The notes under the pieces are model-generated. The model searched no databases. It was not told where the DNA came from and saw only the letters and a list, made by a program, of their open reading frames with translations. From NCBI GenBank assembly GCA_035528155.1, contig DATKZA010000014.1, positions 419-64,418 of the forward strand: DNA of 64,000 nucleotides. The letters are read 5' to 3'. Both the position numbers and the translations under genes were made by a program. Each line of letters starts with the position of its first letter. The first letter of the stretch is position 1. Origin of the DNA: Patescibacteria group bacterium. GTDB taxonomy: Bacteria > Acidobacteriota > Aminicenantia > UBA2199. This document shows, one piece after another, positions 1 through 9,159 of this stretch.

Positions 1-153
1 AATGATGATGACGGCTTGCTCCCTGAGCTCGGCCGCGCCCTCGGCGAACTGGCGCGCTTCAATGGCTGTCAAACGGTCATCCTGGAAAACGTCCAACCAA
101 AAAAACTCCTTGCCCCGCTGAAAAAAGCACTGACCTTGGGATGGAGCGGCTGA
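1..153 (+). CDS. 3' end of an unidentified CDS (5' end outside window)
   Basis: Frame +1 is open from base 1 to TGA at 151-153 (...LPELGRALGELARFNGCQTVILENVQPKKLLAPLKKALTLGWSG*). GC-rich codon usage like its neighbours. No family recognised. Confidence 0.3.
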   Translation, partial: NDDDGLLPELGRALGELARFNGCQTVILENVQPKKLLAPLKKALTLGWSG

Positions 154-197
154 TCAATTAGGGAACCTGCCGGTTTGCGAATGCGGAAGTGAGCCGG

Positions 198-740
198 CTA
201 CTCTTTTTTGCTGTGCAATTTTTTTTTGAAGAGTTTGAATTTTTCCGATTCGTTTTCCTTTTTCGACCAGCGACGAATGCCGGCCAGGTTGACCTCGTTG
301 TCCCTGGCGACCATCACGGCCTGTTCCAGCGCCTGCAGGTCATTCCAGAAATAGAAAGCTGCCAGGCGGTCGCGGACCGAATCGGTGCGCGTGAGCAATT
401 TGAGCTGCATCTTTTTAACAGCGATCGTGTTCGTGGCGGTGATCTTTTCCGCGCCGATCGAAAGGGGCGGATTCAGGATGTCGATGGAATATTTGACTTT
501 GCTGTTGACGTATATCCTGCCCTCGGGAGCAAAGCCGATCTGGAGCAAGGCCGCCTGGATCCTGGCCGTCGGGGCTTCCGAGATATTGACGAAGTCCAGG
601 TCATAGGATTCATAGCGGTTGCCGGTGTAGAGGCTGACGCAGGCGCCGCCGGTGAGCACGGTGTCGATGCCATGGGTGCGCAAATGATCGGAAACGAAAG
701 CCGCCAGTTCACGGTGCGATAGTTTTTGCGGATCTTTCAT
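198..740 (-). CDS. Minimal nucleotidyltransferase-fold protein (180 aa), second gene of a wHTH-NTase pair
   Basis: ORF track 198..740(-). N-terminal LTGGACVSLYTGNRYESYDLDF fits a G-[GS]-x(n)-D-x-D pol-beta-type NTase motif. Its ATG overlaps the upstream gene's stop (ATGA at 737-740). Confidence 0.6.
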   Translation of the reverse strand: MKDPQKLSHRELAAFVSDHLRTHGIDTVLTGGACVSLYTGNRYESYDLDFVNISEAPTARIQAALLQIGFAPEGRIYVNSKVKYSIDILNPPLSIGAEKITATNTIAVKKMQLKLLTRTDSVRDRLAAFYFWNDLQALEQAVMVARDNEVNLAGIRRWSKKENESEKFKLFKKKLHSKKE

Positions 741-1066
741 GACGGTTTCCCCGCCCGGCGCGGCCGGCGGCGGCGGATGTAATACTTGTCCCTCTCCGCG
801 GCGTCCAGGAAGTCCAGTGTCTTCTGCAGCATTGCTGCGAGTTCCTTGCGGAAGGGGTAGCGGGGGTTCAGGCCGTAGAGCCGCACCCTGCCCCGCAGCC
901 GGCTGTAGAGGACGCCGGCGCCTTCCATTTTTTTCAATTGATACTGGACGGCATTGAGGTTGAAGGCGAAATTGCGGGCGATCTCACTGGGGTAGGAGCC
1001 GTCGTTGGCCAGAAGAAAAAGGAGAATTTTCTCCTTGAGCGGCGATTCCAGCAATGCTTCCAACAT
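737..1066 (-). CDS. Winged-helix (ArsR/MarR-like) transcriptional regulator, 109 aa, basic C-terminal tail
   Basis: KILLFLLANDGSYPSEIARNFAFNLNAVQYQLKKMEGAGVLYSRLRGRVRLYGLNP is a typical wHTH. An AGGAGGAG RBS lies 3-4 nt upstream of the ATG. Translationally coupled to the NTase gene. Confidence 0.7.
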   Translation of the reverse strand: MLEALLESPLKEKILLFLLANDGSYPSEIARNFAFNLNAVQYQLKKMEGAGVLYSRLRGRVRLYGLNPRYPFRKELAAMLQKTLDFLDAAERDKYYIRRRRPRRAGKPS

Positions 1067-1078
1067 GATCTCCTCCTA

Positions 1079-1140
1079 CAACCCAGTTGGTCACACAACC
1101 AACGTGGTTGTATGTTAGAACAATACGGAGCGGTTGTCAA
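1079..1140 (-). promoter_or_regulatory. Sigma70-like promoter plus overlapping inverted repeats (candidate operator) for the wHTH-NTase operon
   Basis: Minus strand reads TTGACA (plus coordinates 1135-1140), a 17-nt spacer, then TAACAT (1112-1117). This is followed by ACAACCA-CGT-TGGTTGT and GTTGGT-N6-ACCAAC repeats, then the RBS and ATG at 1066. Confidence 0.45.
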
Positions 1141-1141
1141 G

Positions 1142-1169
1142 GGCATGCGCTTGAAATGTTCCGCATGCC
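1142..1169 (-). terminator. 8-bp perfect stem hairpin downstream of ltaE (no T-tract)
   Basis: GGCATGCG-N12-CGCATGCC lies between the ltaE stop (1201) and the next -35 box. The missing U-tract makes intrinsic termination uncertain. Confidence 0.3.
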
Positions 1170-1200
1170 GCCAAAAGCACAATTCAAACTGGAACAGATC

Positions 1201-2241
1201 CTATGTCTTCACCTTGCAGCTCTCTGCGACGGCGGCTGCGAAGTCGTCGATCTGTTTTTCCGTGGTGTTCCACGAGCACATCCAGCGCACTTCGTTTTTG
1301 TCCTCGTCCCAAATATAGAAGAAATACTTTTTCAATAACTTGTCGATGGCCCGGCGGGGCAGGGAGGCGAAGACTGCGTTGGCTTGTACAGGTTGAACGA
1401 TCTTCACTTCAGGAATAGATTTTACTTTTTCTTCAAGGAGCTTGGCCATGCGGTTGGCGTGGGCGGCGTTCTGCAGCCAGAGGTCGTCGCTGAGCAGCGC
1501 GGTCAGCTGGGCGGCGATGAAACGCATCTTGCTGGCCAGCTGCATCTTCTGCTTGCGGATGAAGAGGGTGTCTTTGCTCAGTTCGGGGCGGAAGCAGACC
1601 ACGGCTTCGCCGAGCAGCAGGCCGTTCTTGGTGCCGCCGAAAGAGAGAATGTCGACGCCGAGTTCGCCGCTGATCTCGCCCAGGCCCAGGCCCAGCGAGG
1701 CGGCGGCGTTGCACAGCCGGGCGCCGTCCATGTGCAGGAAGAGGCCGTTTTTACGGCAGAAGGCGGCGATCTCCCGTACCTCGGCGGCGCTGTAGACCGT
1801 GCCCAGTTCGCTGGCCTGGGTGATGGACACAAGCGCCGGCTGGACGCGGTGCTGGTCGAGGCGGCCGCGCAGGTGGCGGGCGATGTCGGCGCAGCCGAGC
1901 TTGCCGTCGGTGGTATGGACGGTGAGCAGCTTGCAGCCGGTGGCGCTTTCGGGGGCGCCGCACTCGTCGGCGTTGATGTGGGCGTGCTCGCTGCAGATCA
2001 CCGCCTGGAAGGAACGTGCCAGGGTGGAGATGCTGACGACGTTGGCCCCGGTGCCGTTGAAAACGAAATAGACGTCGGCCTCCTTGCCGAAGTGCCCGCG
2101 GAACTTTTCGGCGGCCGTGGCGGTGAAGTCGTCAAGTCCGTAGGCCACGGCCGGGCCGCTGTTGGCCTCGCTGATCGCCTCCAGTACGCGCGGGTGCACC
2201 CCCGAGTGGTTGTCGCTGCCGAATGTCGTGTCGACTGCCAT
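1201..2241 (-). CDS. ltaE: Low-specificity L-threonine aldolase (beta-eliminating lyase / PLP fold type I)
   Basis: 346 aa with family-typical FGSDNHSGVHPRVLEAI, FVFNGTGANV, HMDGARL and SFGGTKNG (PLP-Lys region). AGGAGGG RBS upstream. Confidence 0.85.
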   Translation of the reverse strand: MAVDTTFGSDNHSGVHPRVLEAISEANSGPAVAYGLDDFTATAAEKFRGHFGKEADVYFVFNGTGANVVSISTLARSFQAVICSEHAHINADECGAPESATGCKLLTVHTTDGKLGCADIARHLRGRLDQHRVQPALVSITQASELGTVYSAAEVREIAAFCRKNGLFLHMDGARLCNAAASLGLGLGEISGELGVDILSFGGTKNGLLLGEAVVCFRPELSKDTLFIRKQKMQLASKMRFIAAQLTALLSDDLWLQNAAHANRMAKLLEEKVKSIPEVKIVQPVQANAVFASLPRRAIDKLLKKYFFYIWDEDKNEVRWMCSWNTTEKQIDDFAAAVAESCKVKT

Positions 2242-2278
2242 GTTCCCTCCTTGTCCCGGCGCTGCACGCCGGGATTGT

Positions 2279-3202
2279 TCATGTTTTCTTGATGATCACC
2301 GCGGTGATGTCGTCATCGGGGCTGCTGTTAAAGGCCAGCAGGTCCTCTTTGACCTGAGCGAAGATCTGGCGGGCCGGGAGATGCTTGAAAGCCTTCAGTT
2401 TTTCTTCCAGCCGGCCGGGGAAGTATTTGCGCCCGTTGGCGTCGCGGTGGTCGGACAAACCGTCGCTGTAGAGGATCAGGATGTCGCCGTGCCCCATCAA
2501 ATTGATCTCGTTCACCGTGTATCTTTCCTTGACGCCGAGCAGCGGGATGGAGATCTCGCTGTTGCCGCGCGAGGGCATGGTGCCGATCTGGGGAAAAGAA
2601 ACCAGCCGGTCCTCGCTGATGGCCACCAGGCGGTCGAACTCGTTGGAAAAGACCATGGGCGGCGGGTGGGCGGCCGACAGGAAGCGGAAGGTGCCGTTTT
2701 CCGAGATCTCGCCGTAGACCATGGTCAGGGTCTTGGATATCCCCGAGGAATTGAAGAAGCGCGTGTTGATGTTGTCGAACAGGGTGGTGGTGATCTCCCC
2801 GAAAAATTTCAATTCGTAGGAAACGCCGAGCAAAAAAGCCTGGTGGAACACCGCGGCGATGAAGGCCGAGCTGAAGTCATGCCCCTCGACGTCGAGCACG
2901 ACGATGCCGGCCCGGGCGGCAGTTGCGCACAATTTGCTTTTCAGTTTTTCCGGGGCCTCGCGGATGAGCTTGTCCATTTTGTAGCGTTTTTTGAAATCGA
3001 CGTAGATGATGTGGTCGCCGCCGGCCTGGCCGTTGCGCGGCAGCGCTTCGCCGTAGACATCGATCCACGGCACTTCGGGAAGCTCCGAGGGCGGCGCGTC
3101 GAAGTTATGGACCAGTTCGCCCAGGTTCTCCAATTCGGCGGTCAGGAGATCGATGCGTTGCCGTGCCGCGGCCAGAAGTTCGCTTTCGCTTTTCTCTTTC
3201 AT
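2279..3202 (-). CDS. PP2C/SpoIIE-family serine phosphatase (RsbU-like), no sensor domain
   Basis: 307 aa with GGDHIIYVDF, VLDVEGHDFSSAF, ILYSDGLSDH and DDITAVIIKK, the PP2C metal-binding Asp motifs. Starts 4 nt after the dnaE stop. Confidence 0.8.
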   Translation of the reverse strand: MKEKSESELLAAARQRIDLLTAELENLGELVHNFDAPPSELPEVPWIDVYGEALPRNGQAGGDHIIYVDFKKRYKMDKLIREAPEKLKSKLCATAARAGIVVLDVEGHDFSSAFIAAVFHQAFLLGVSYELKFFGEITTTLFDNINTRFFNSSGISKTLTMVYGEISENGTFRFLSAAHPPPMVFSNEFDRLVAISEDRLVSFPQIGTMPSRGNSEISIPLLGVKERYTVNEINLMGHGDILILYSDGLSDHRDANGRKYFPGRLEEKLKAFKHLPARQIFAQVKEDLLAFNSSPDDDITAVIIKKT

Positions 3203-3206
3203 GGCA

Positions 3207-6200
3207 TCAGAAAAGGATTTCTATGGAATTCGGCCCCGTCAGTTTTTCGATGTCTTTTTTCATGGAGGCGGTGGCGCGAATGCCCTGGCCCGGCTCGGAA
3301 TTGATCACCACGCGCGCGTTGTCGGCGTGGTTGATGACGATGATATAGGGAACCGAGTCGCGGTTTTTTTCCAGCTTCTGCTTCAGTTTTTCATTGAAAC
3401 TCTCGTCGATCTGGTTGTAGTTGATGGTGATGACGATCTTGCGGGCTTTCTTTTTGAGCATGGCTTCGAGCTCATGCAGGTTCTCCAGGTAGATGGTCTC
3501 CTCGCTGTCGGATTCGGCGCCGCGGAAGTGGCTGCGGCCTTCCAAAAAATAGGGCACGTCGACCTTCAATTCCTTTTCCAGGGCCGCCCACCTGTCCTTG
3601 AAGCACAGGACCTTGATGCGCCCGGTCAGGTCCTCAAAATAAATTTCCCCGTAGGCATCGCCTTTTTTCGAAGTGCGGCGCGCAAATTCGGTGACCACTC
3701 CTCCCAGCTTGATGATCTCCCCCTTGAATTCATAGTTCTGGATGGCCAGAACGGTGGTGTTGGAGACCTTGCTGATCTCGCTGCTGAATTTTTCCAGTGG
3801 ATTGCGGGTGACGTAAATGCCGGCGATCTCCCTTTCACCCGTGATCATTTCGTTTTCCGGCCACTCCTCGAGTTTCAGGTATTCCCGGGGAATGTAATTG
3901 TCGTCGATCTCCTCGGCGAACAGGGCCTTCTGGTTGCGGCTGCGGTTCCTGTTGATGATGGCCGCCCTTTTGATCACGTCGCCGATGCCTTCGAACAGGG
4001 TCCGTCTTTTCAGGCCGAAACAATCGCAGGCCCCGGCCTTGATCAGGCTTTCCAGAACGTTTTTGTTGACCTTGCCCAGGTCGATGCGGGCGACGAAATC
4101 ATTGAAGTCCTTGAATTCCCCTTCCTGGTCGCGGGCCGCCAGGATGATGCCCAGGGCGGCGCTGCCCACGTTTTTCAGGCCGATCAGGCCGAAGCGGATG
4201 GCGCCGGCCGATTCGGCGTGGAAGTTTTCCCGGCTCTTGTTGATGTCGGGAGGCAGGATATCGATGCCCATTTTTTTGCTTTCCGAAATGTATTGGATGA
4301 TCTTCGAGGAGGTGCTGGTCTTGTCGGCTTCGGAACTGAGGTGGGCCGACATGAAGTAAACGGGGTAATGGGCTTTCAAATAGGCCGTCTGGTAGGCCAG
4401 GTAGGCGTAGGCCGTGGAATGGGATTTGTTGAAGCCGTATTCGGCGAAGGTCTTCATTTGACCGAAAAGCTCTTCGACTTTTTTCTTGTCGTAGCCTTTT
4501 TTGGCGGCGCGCTCAAGGAATCTTTTTTCCTGGGCGGGCATTTTGCTCGCTTCCTTCTTGCCCATGATCTTGCGCATTTCGTCGGCCTCGCTCATGGAAA
4601 AACCGGCGATGCGCACCGATATCTGCATGACCTGTTCCTGGAAAACGATGATGCCGTACGTATCTTTTAAAATCTCCTCGAGCTCGGGGAGGATATAACT
4701 GACCTTCTCGCGGCCCAGCTTGCGGTTGACGTAAACATCGGCCATGCCCGACTGCAGCGGCCCGGGGCGGTACAGGGCGTTGAGCACGATCAGGTCCTCG
4801 ATCCTGGTCGGCTTCGACTTTTTCAGATAGTCGCGCATGCCCGAGCTTTCGAACTGGAATATGCCGTCGGTGTCTCCTTTTTGGAAGACCTTGAAAGTCT
4901 TGGTGTCCAGCAGGTTGATGTTTTCCAGATCGATGACCGTGCCCTCGCTTTCCTGCACCGCGCGGACGATGTTTTTGATGATGGTCAGGGTTTTCAGGCC
5001 CAGGATGTCCATTTTCAGCAGGCCGATGTTCTCCACTTCGTCCTTTTCAAAATGGGTGGTGATGTCGTCCTTGGTTTTGTAAAGCGGCATGTATTCGGTC
5101 AGTTTCTTGGGGGCGATCACCACCCCGGCGGCGTGCATCGAGGTGTGGCGGATGTTGTTTTCCAGTTTCAGGGCGTATTGGATCAGCTTGGCGAACTCGG
5201 CGCTGCGCTTGATCTCGCGCTGCAATTCCGGACTTTTTTCAAGTACGTCCTTCAGCTCCACCTTGGGGCCCTCGGGGATCATTTTGGCCAGGCGGTTGAC
5301 ATCGGCCAGTTTGACCTCCATGACCCGGCCGATGTCGCGAATGGCCAGCTTGGCTTTCATGCGCCCGAAGGTGACGATCTGGGCCACGTTGTCCACGCCG
5401 TACTTGACGCGGATGTATTCGATGACCTCATCGCGGCGTTCGGCGTCGAAATCGATGTCGATATCGGGCAGGCTGACGCGCTCGGGATTGAGAAAACGCT
5501 CGAAGATCAGTTCGTATTCCAGCGGGTCGATATTGGTGATGCCCATGACGAACGCCACCAGGCTGCCCACCACCGAGCCGCGGCCGGGGCCGACCGGAAT
5601 GCCGCTTTCCTTGGCGAAGCGGATGATGTCCCAGACGATGAGGAAATAACCGGGGAAGCCCATTTCGCGGATTTTTTCTATTTCGTATAAAAGGCGTTCC
5701 TGGTATTCCTCGTGGCTATGCTTCAGGTGTTTGGACTTGGATAGGTAATGGTGCTTGATGCGCTCGAAGCCCTCGAGGCAGATCTTTTCGAAAAAATCGT
5801 CGGCGCTCAATTTGCCCGGTGTGTTGAAAGCGGGCAGGAAGTATTTTTTCAGCTTGAATTCGAAATTGCAGCGCGAGGCGATGTCGAAAGTGTTTTCCAG
5901 GGCGTCGGGGAGGTCGGCGAATAGTTCGGCCATTTCTTCGCTGGATTTGAAATAGAGCTGTTCGGTCTCCTTTTTCATCGGCCGGTCGGCGTCGCTGATG
6001 ACGTTGCTGGTCTGCAGGCAGATCAGGATCTCGCGGGCGTCGGCGTCTTCCTCGCTCAGGTAGTGGACGTCGTTGCTGGCAGCCAGCGGGATGTCCAGGT
6101 CCCGGGCCAGGTCCACCAGCTGCGGCAGGACCTGCAATTGTTCGGCCATGCCGTGGTTCTGGAGCTCGATGTAAAAATTGTCCTTGAAGACCTCGCGGTA

Positions 6201-6689
6201 CCAGCGGGCCGCCGTCCTGGCCTTGTCCTCGCGGCCGCGCAGCAGCTGGTAGGGGATCTCGCCCTGGATGCAGGATGACATGACCAGCAGGCCATCCTTG
6301 TATTTTTCCAGCAGCTCCTTGTCGATGCGCGGCTTGCGGTAAAAGCCCTCCAAAAAGGAGGCGGTGATCAGTTCGCACAGGTTGCGGTAGCCCTGGTCGT
6401 TCTTGACCAGTACCAGCAGGTGGAAATAGTTGAGTTCGTCCTCGCGGCGGTTGGGTTTGTCGAAACGGGAATTCGGCGCCAGGTACAATTCGGAACCGAT
6501 GATGGGCTTGATCTCGCTTTGCAGGGCTTTTTTGTAGAAATTGACCGCGCCCAGGATGGAGCCGTGGTCGGTCAGGGCCACGGCGGGCATCTGGAAAGCG
6601 CGGGCTTTTTTCAGCAGGTCGTCGATCTTCAGGGTGGAATCGAGCAGGCTGTATTCCGAATGCAGGTGCAGGTGGATGAAACTCTTCAT
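3207..6689 (-). CDS. dnaE: DNA polymerase III alpha subunit
   Basis: ~1160 aa. The N-terminal PHP domain FIHLHLHSEYSLLDS and overall length are unmistakable. The ATG at 6689 forms an ATGA overlap with the guaA stop. An alternative ATG two codons upstream is at 6695. Confidence 0.95.
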   Translation of the reverse strand: MKSFIHLHLHSEYSLLDSTLKIDDLLKKARAFQMPAVALTDHGSILGAVNFYKKALQSEIKPIIGSELYLAPNSRFDKPNRREDELNYFHLLVLVKNDQGYRNLCELITASFLEGFYRKPRIDKELLEKYKDGLLVMSSCIQGEIPYQLLRGREDKARTAARWYREVFKDNFYIELQNHGMAEQLQVLPQLVDLARDLDIPLAASNDVHYLSEEDADAREILICLQTSNVISDADRPMKKETEQLYFKSSEEMAELFADLPDALENTFDIASRCNFEFKLKKYFLPAFNTPGKLSADDFFEKICLEGFERIKHHYLSKSKHLKHSHEEYQERLLYEIEKIREMGFPGYFLIVWDIIRFAKESGIPVGPGRGSVVGSLVAFVMGITNIDPLEYELIFERFLNPERVSLPDIDIDFDAERRDEVIEYIRVKYGVDNVAQIVTFGRMKAKLAIRDIGRVMEVKLADVNRLAKMIPEGPKVELKDVLEKSPELQREIKRSAEFAKLIQYALKLENNIRHTSMHAAGVVIAPKKLTEYMPLYKTKDDITTHFEKDEVENIGLLKMDILGLKTLTIIKNIVRAVQESEGTVIDLENINLLDTKTFKVFQKGDTDGIFQFESSGMRDYLKKSKPTRIEDLIVLNALYRPGPLQSGMADVYVNRKLGREKVSYILPELEEILKDTYGIIVFQEQVMQISVRIAGFSMSEADEMRKIMGKKEASKMPAQEKRFLERAAKKGYDKKKVEELFGQMKTFAEYGFNKSHSTAYAYLAYQTAYLKAHYPVYFMSAHLSSEADKTSTSSKIIQYISESKKMGIDILPPDINKSRENFHAESAGAIRFGLIGLKNVGSAALGIILAARDQEGEFKDFNDFVARIDLGKVNKNVLESLIKAGACDCFGLKRRTLFEGIGDVIKRAAIINRNRSRNQKALFAEEIDDNYIPREYLKLEEWPENEMITGEREIAGIYVTRNPLEKFSSEISKVSNTTVLAIQNYEFKGEIIKLGGVVTEFARRTSKKGDAYGEIYFEDLTGRIKVLCFKDRWAALEKELKVDVPYFLEGRSHFRGAESDSEETIYLENLHELEAMLKKKARKIVITINYNQIDESFNEKLKQKLEKNRDSVPYIIVINHADNARVVINSEPGQGIRATASMKKDIEKLTGPNSIEILF

Positions 6690-8218
6690 TCCCATTCGAT
6701 CGTCGCCGGCGGCTTGGAGGTGATGTCGTAGACCACGCGGTTGACCTGGCGGATCTGGCGGACGATGCGGTTGGCGGCGGCGTCCAGCACCTGCGGCGGC
6801 AGCGCCGCCCAGTTGGCGGTCATGCCGTCGCTGCTGGTCACGGCGCGCAGGGCGATGACGTTGCCGTAGGCGCGCTCGTCGCCCATCACGCCGACGCTGC
6901 GCACCGGCAGCAGCACGGCGAACGCCTGCCAGGTTTTTTCATACCAGCCGCTTTTTTTTAATTCGTCGATAAAAATATCATCGGCCTGCTTCAGTACGGA
7001 AAGCTTCTTCGCCGTGATGTCGCCCAGGACGCGCACGGCCAGTCCCGGTCCGGGAAAAGGATGGCGGTTGAGGATGTCGGCGGGGATGTCCAGCAGCCGC
7101 GCCACCTGGCGCACCTCGTCCTTGAACAGGAACTTGAAGGGCTCGATGATCCGCCCCTGCTTTTCCAGTTTCTGCACTTCGCGCACGCGGTTGTGGTGGG
7201 TCTTGATGGTTTGTGACGGGCCCTGCACCGGGTTGCTTTCGATCACGTCGGGATAGAGCGTGCCCTGGATGAGGAAATCGAAACCTTTCAGGCCGCGGTA
7301 GAATACGTCGATAAAGGTCCTGCCGATGATCTTGCGCTTGCTTTCGGGCGCGCTGACCCCCTTGAGGTTCTTCAGGAAGCGGCGGCCGGCGTTGACATAG
7401 GTGACCTTCAACCCCAGGCGCCGGCGCAGGTTGTACAGGACCTCCTTCTCCTCGTCAAGGCGCAGCAGGCCGTTGTTGACGAAGATCGAGGTGACCTTGT
7501 CCCCCAGCGCCCTCTGCAGCAGCACCGCCAGGGTGGTGGAGTCGACGCCGCCGCTCACGCCCAGCAGCACGCGCTTGCCCAGGCATTGCCCGCGCAGTTC
7601 GGCGATCTCGTTTTCGACGAAATTTTTCATGCTCCAGGTGCGGTCGGCCTTGGCGATGGCGAAAAGGAAATTGGCCAGGATCTTTTTCCCTTCCCGGCTG
7701 TGCATGACCTCGGGATGGAACTGCACGGCGAAAATATTTTTCTTGCGGTTCTCGATGGCGGCGATGGTGCCGTCTGAGGAACGGGCGGTGACATGGTAGC
7801 CGGGAGCCGGGTCGGCTACCGAATCGCCGTGGCTCATCCAGACCGTGCTGTGGTCGTCCACGTTCGCGAACAAGGGGGTCGCGGCCTTGATATCGAGTTG
7901 CGCCTTGCCGTATTCGCGCTGGGTCGAGCGCTCCACCCGGCCGCCCAGCATCCTGGTGATCAATTGCATGCCGTAGCAGATGCCCAGGATGGGAATGCCG
8001 CAGCTGAGGAGCTCCCTGCTTACACGCGGCGCGCCGGTGACAGTGGTGCTGGCCGGTCCGCCCGAGAGGATGATGCCGGCCGGCGCTTCAGCCAGGATCT
8101 TTTTCAGGCTGTAATGGAAGGGACGGATCTCGGAAAAAACGCCCAGCTCGCGGATGCGGCGGGCGATGAGCTGGGTGTATTGCGAACCGAAGTCCAGGAT
8201 CAGGATTTTATCTTTCAT
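6686..8218 (-). CDS. guaA: GMP synthase (glutamine-hydrolysing)
   Basis: MKDKILILDFGSQYTQLIARRIRELGVFSEI, GICYGMQ (GATase Cys), SGGVDS P-loop and C-terminal ATIEWE. I chose the internal ATG at 8218 over the track's 8290 start because homologs begin at this point. Confidence 0.95.
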   Translation of the reverse strand: MKDKILILDFGSQYTQLIARRIRELGVFSEIRPFHYSLKKILAEAPAGIILSGGPASTTVTGAPRVSRELLSCGIPILGICYGMQLITRMLGGRVERSTQREYGKAQLDIKAATPLFANVDDHSTVWMSHGDSVADPAPGYHVTARSSDGTIAAIENRKKNIFAVQFHPEVMHSREGKKILANFLFAIAKADRTWSMKNFVENEIAELRGQCLGKRVLLGVSGGVDSTTLAVLLQRALGDKVTSIFVNNGLLRLDEEKEVLYNLRRRLGLKVTYVNAGRRFLKNLKGVSAPESKRKIIGRTFIDVFYRGLKGFDFLIQGTLYPDVIESNPVQGPSQTIKTHHNRVREVQKLEKQGRIIEPFKFLFKDEVRQVARLLDIPADILNRHPFPGPGLAVRVLGDITAKKLSVLKQADDIFIDELKKSGWYEKTWQAFAVLLPVRSVGVMGDERAYGNVIALRAVTSSDGMTANWAALPPQVLDAAANRIVRQIRQVNRVVYDITSKPPATIEWE

Positions 8219-8298
8219 AGATGGCGCAATTGTAGCAGATTTAAAGCAGGGGTTCAATAAGGATTTTCCCGATATTTTTCTGATTCCCACCGCAAAAT

Positions 8299-8327
8299 TG
8301 ACCTGCAGCGCCCCTAGGTTTATACTG
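8299..8327 (+). promoter_or_regulatory. Sigma70-like promoter of mutM, predicting a leaderless or near-leaderless mRNA
   Basis: TTGACC (8299-8304), a 17-nt spacer, then TATACT (8322-8327). The ATG at 8335 lies only 7 nt after the -10 box and no RBS is present. Confidence 0.45.
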
Positions 8328-8334
8328 GCTGTCC

Positions 8335-9159
8335 ATGCCCGAACTGCCCGAAGTCGAAACCATCGTCCGCGAATTGCACCGGCATATTGTCGGCAAGACC
8401 GTCGTCGCCGTCCGCTTGCTTTGGCCGCGCTCGGTTGATGGTTCGAAGAGTGAATTCCGCCGCCGTCTGCGGGGCATGCACATCGCCGCCGTGTCCCGGC
8501 GCGGCAAGTATATCGGCCTGGAAAGCGAAGACGGGACTTTCTTTACCATTCATCTGCGCATGACCGGCAAATTGGTGCGGGAGCTGACCGCCCCGGACCG
8601 CAAGCACCTGCGCGTGCAATTCAGCTTCCGGGACGGCACGGCGCTCCATTTCGTCGATGCCCGCAAGTTCGGCCGTTTGCGCCTGTGGCCCTGCCGCGGC
8701 CAATCCTGCCCCGGCCTGGGCCCGGAACCACTGCGCCAATCAACCGTGCTGGCGGCGCTGCGCCCCCTGCGAACCACCCGGGCCATCAAAACCGTTTTGC
8801 TCGATCAGTCCGTATTGGCCGGCGTTGGCAATATCTATGCCGACGAGGCTTTGTTCGCGGCCGGGATCCATCCCCTGGTCCCGGCTGCCGCCTTGAACGA
8901 TGGGCAGCAAAAACGCTTGGCCCGCTCCGTGCCGCGGGTTTTGCGTCTGGCCATAGGCCGCCGCGGCACCACTCTGCGCGATTACCGCACCGTCGAGGAC
9001 CGCAGCGGCGAAAACCAGGAACATCTCAATGTTTATGGCCGCGCCGGGCAGCCGTGTTTCCGTTGCGGAACTCCGATCGAAAAAATTCGCATTTCCGGCC
9101 GTTCCTCCCACTTCTGCCCGCGCTGCCAGAAAAACACTTCAGTGACAAGTGACAAGTAA
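8335..9159 (+). CDS. mutM: Formamidopyrimidine-DNA glycosylase
   Basis: N-terminal MPELPEVETI (catalytic Pro2/Glu3), H2TH region and C-terminal zinc finger CFRCGTPI...FCPRCQ. Confidence 0.93.
   Translation: MPELPEVETIVRELHRHIVGKTVVAVRLLWPRSVDGSKSEFRRRLRGMHIAAVSRRGKYIGLESEDGTFFTIHLRMTGKLVRELTAPDRKHLRVQFSFRDGTALHFVDARKFGRLRLWPCRGQSCPGLGPEPLRQSTVLAALRPLRTTRAIKTVLLDQSVLAGVGNIYADEALFAAGIHPLVPAAALNDGQQKRLARSVPRVLRLAIGRRGTTLRDYRTVEDRSGENQEHLNVYGRAGQPCFRCGTPIEKIRISGRSSHFCPRCQKNTSVTSDK

Noticed and set aside
1384-4670. Plus-strand ORFs 1384..2292, 2162..3304 and 3153..4670, opposite ltaE, PP2C and dnaE
   Set aside because: Antisense shadows of confidently identified genes. Products are Gly/Ala/Val/Asp-rich with no motifs.
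8219-8334. Possible purine/guanine riboswitch upstream of guaA
   Set aside because: The leader is only ~115 nt, is shared with the divergent mutM promoter, and shows no three-way-junction pairing pattern that I could draw.
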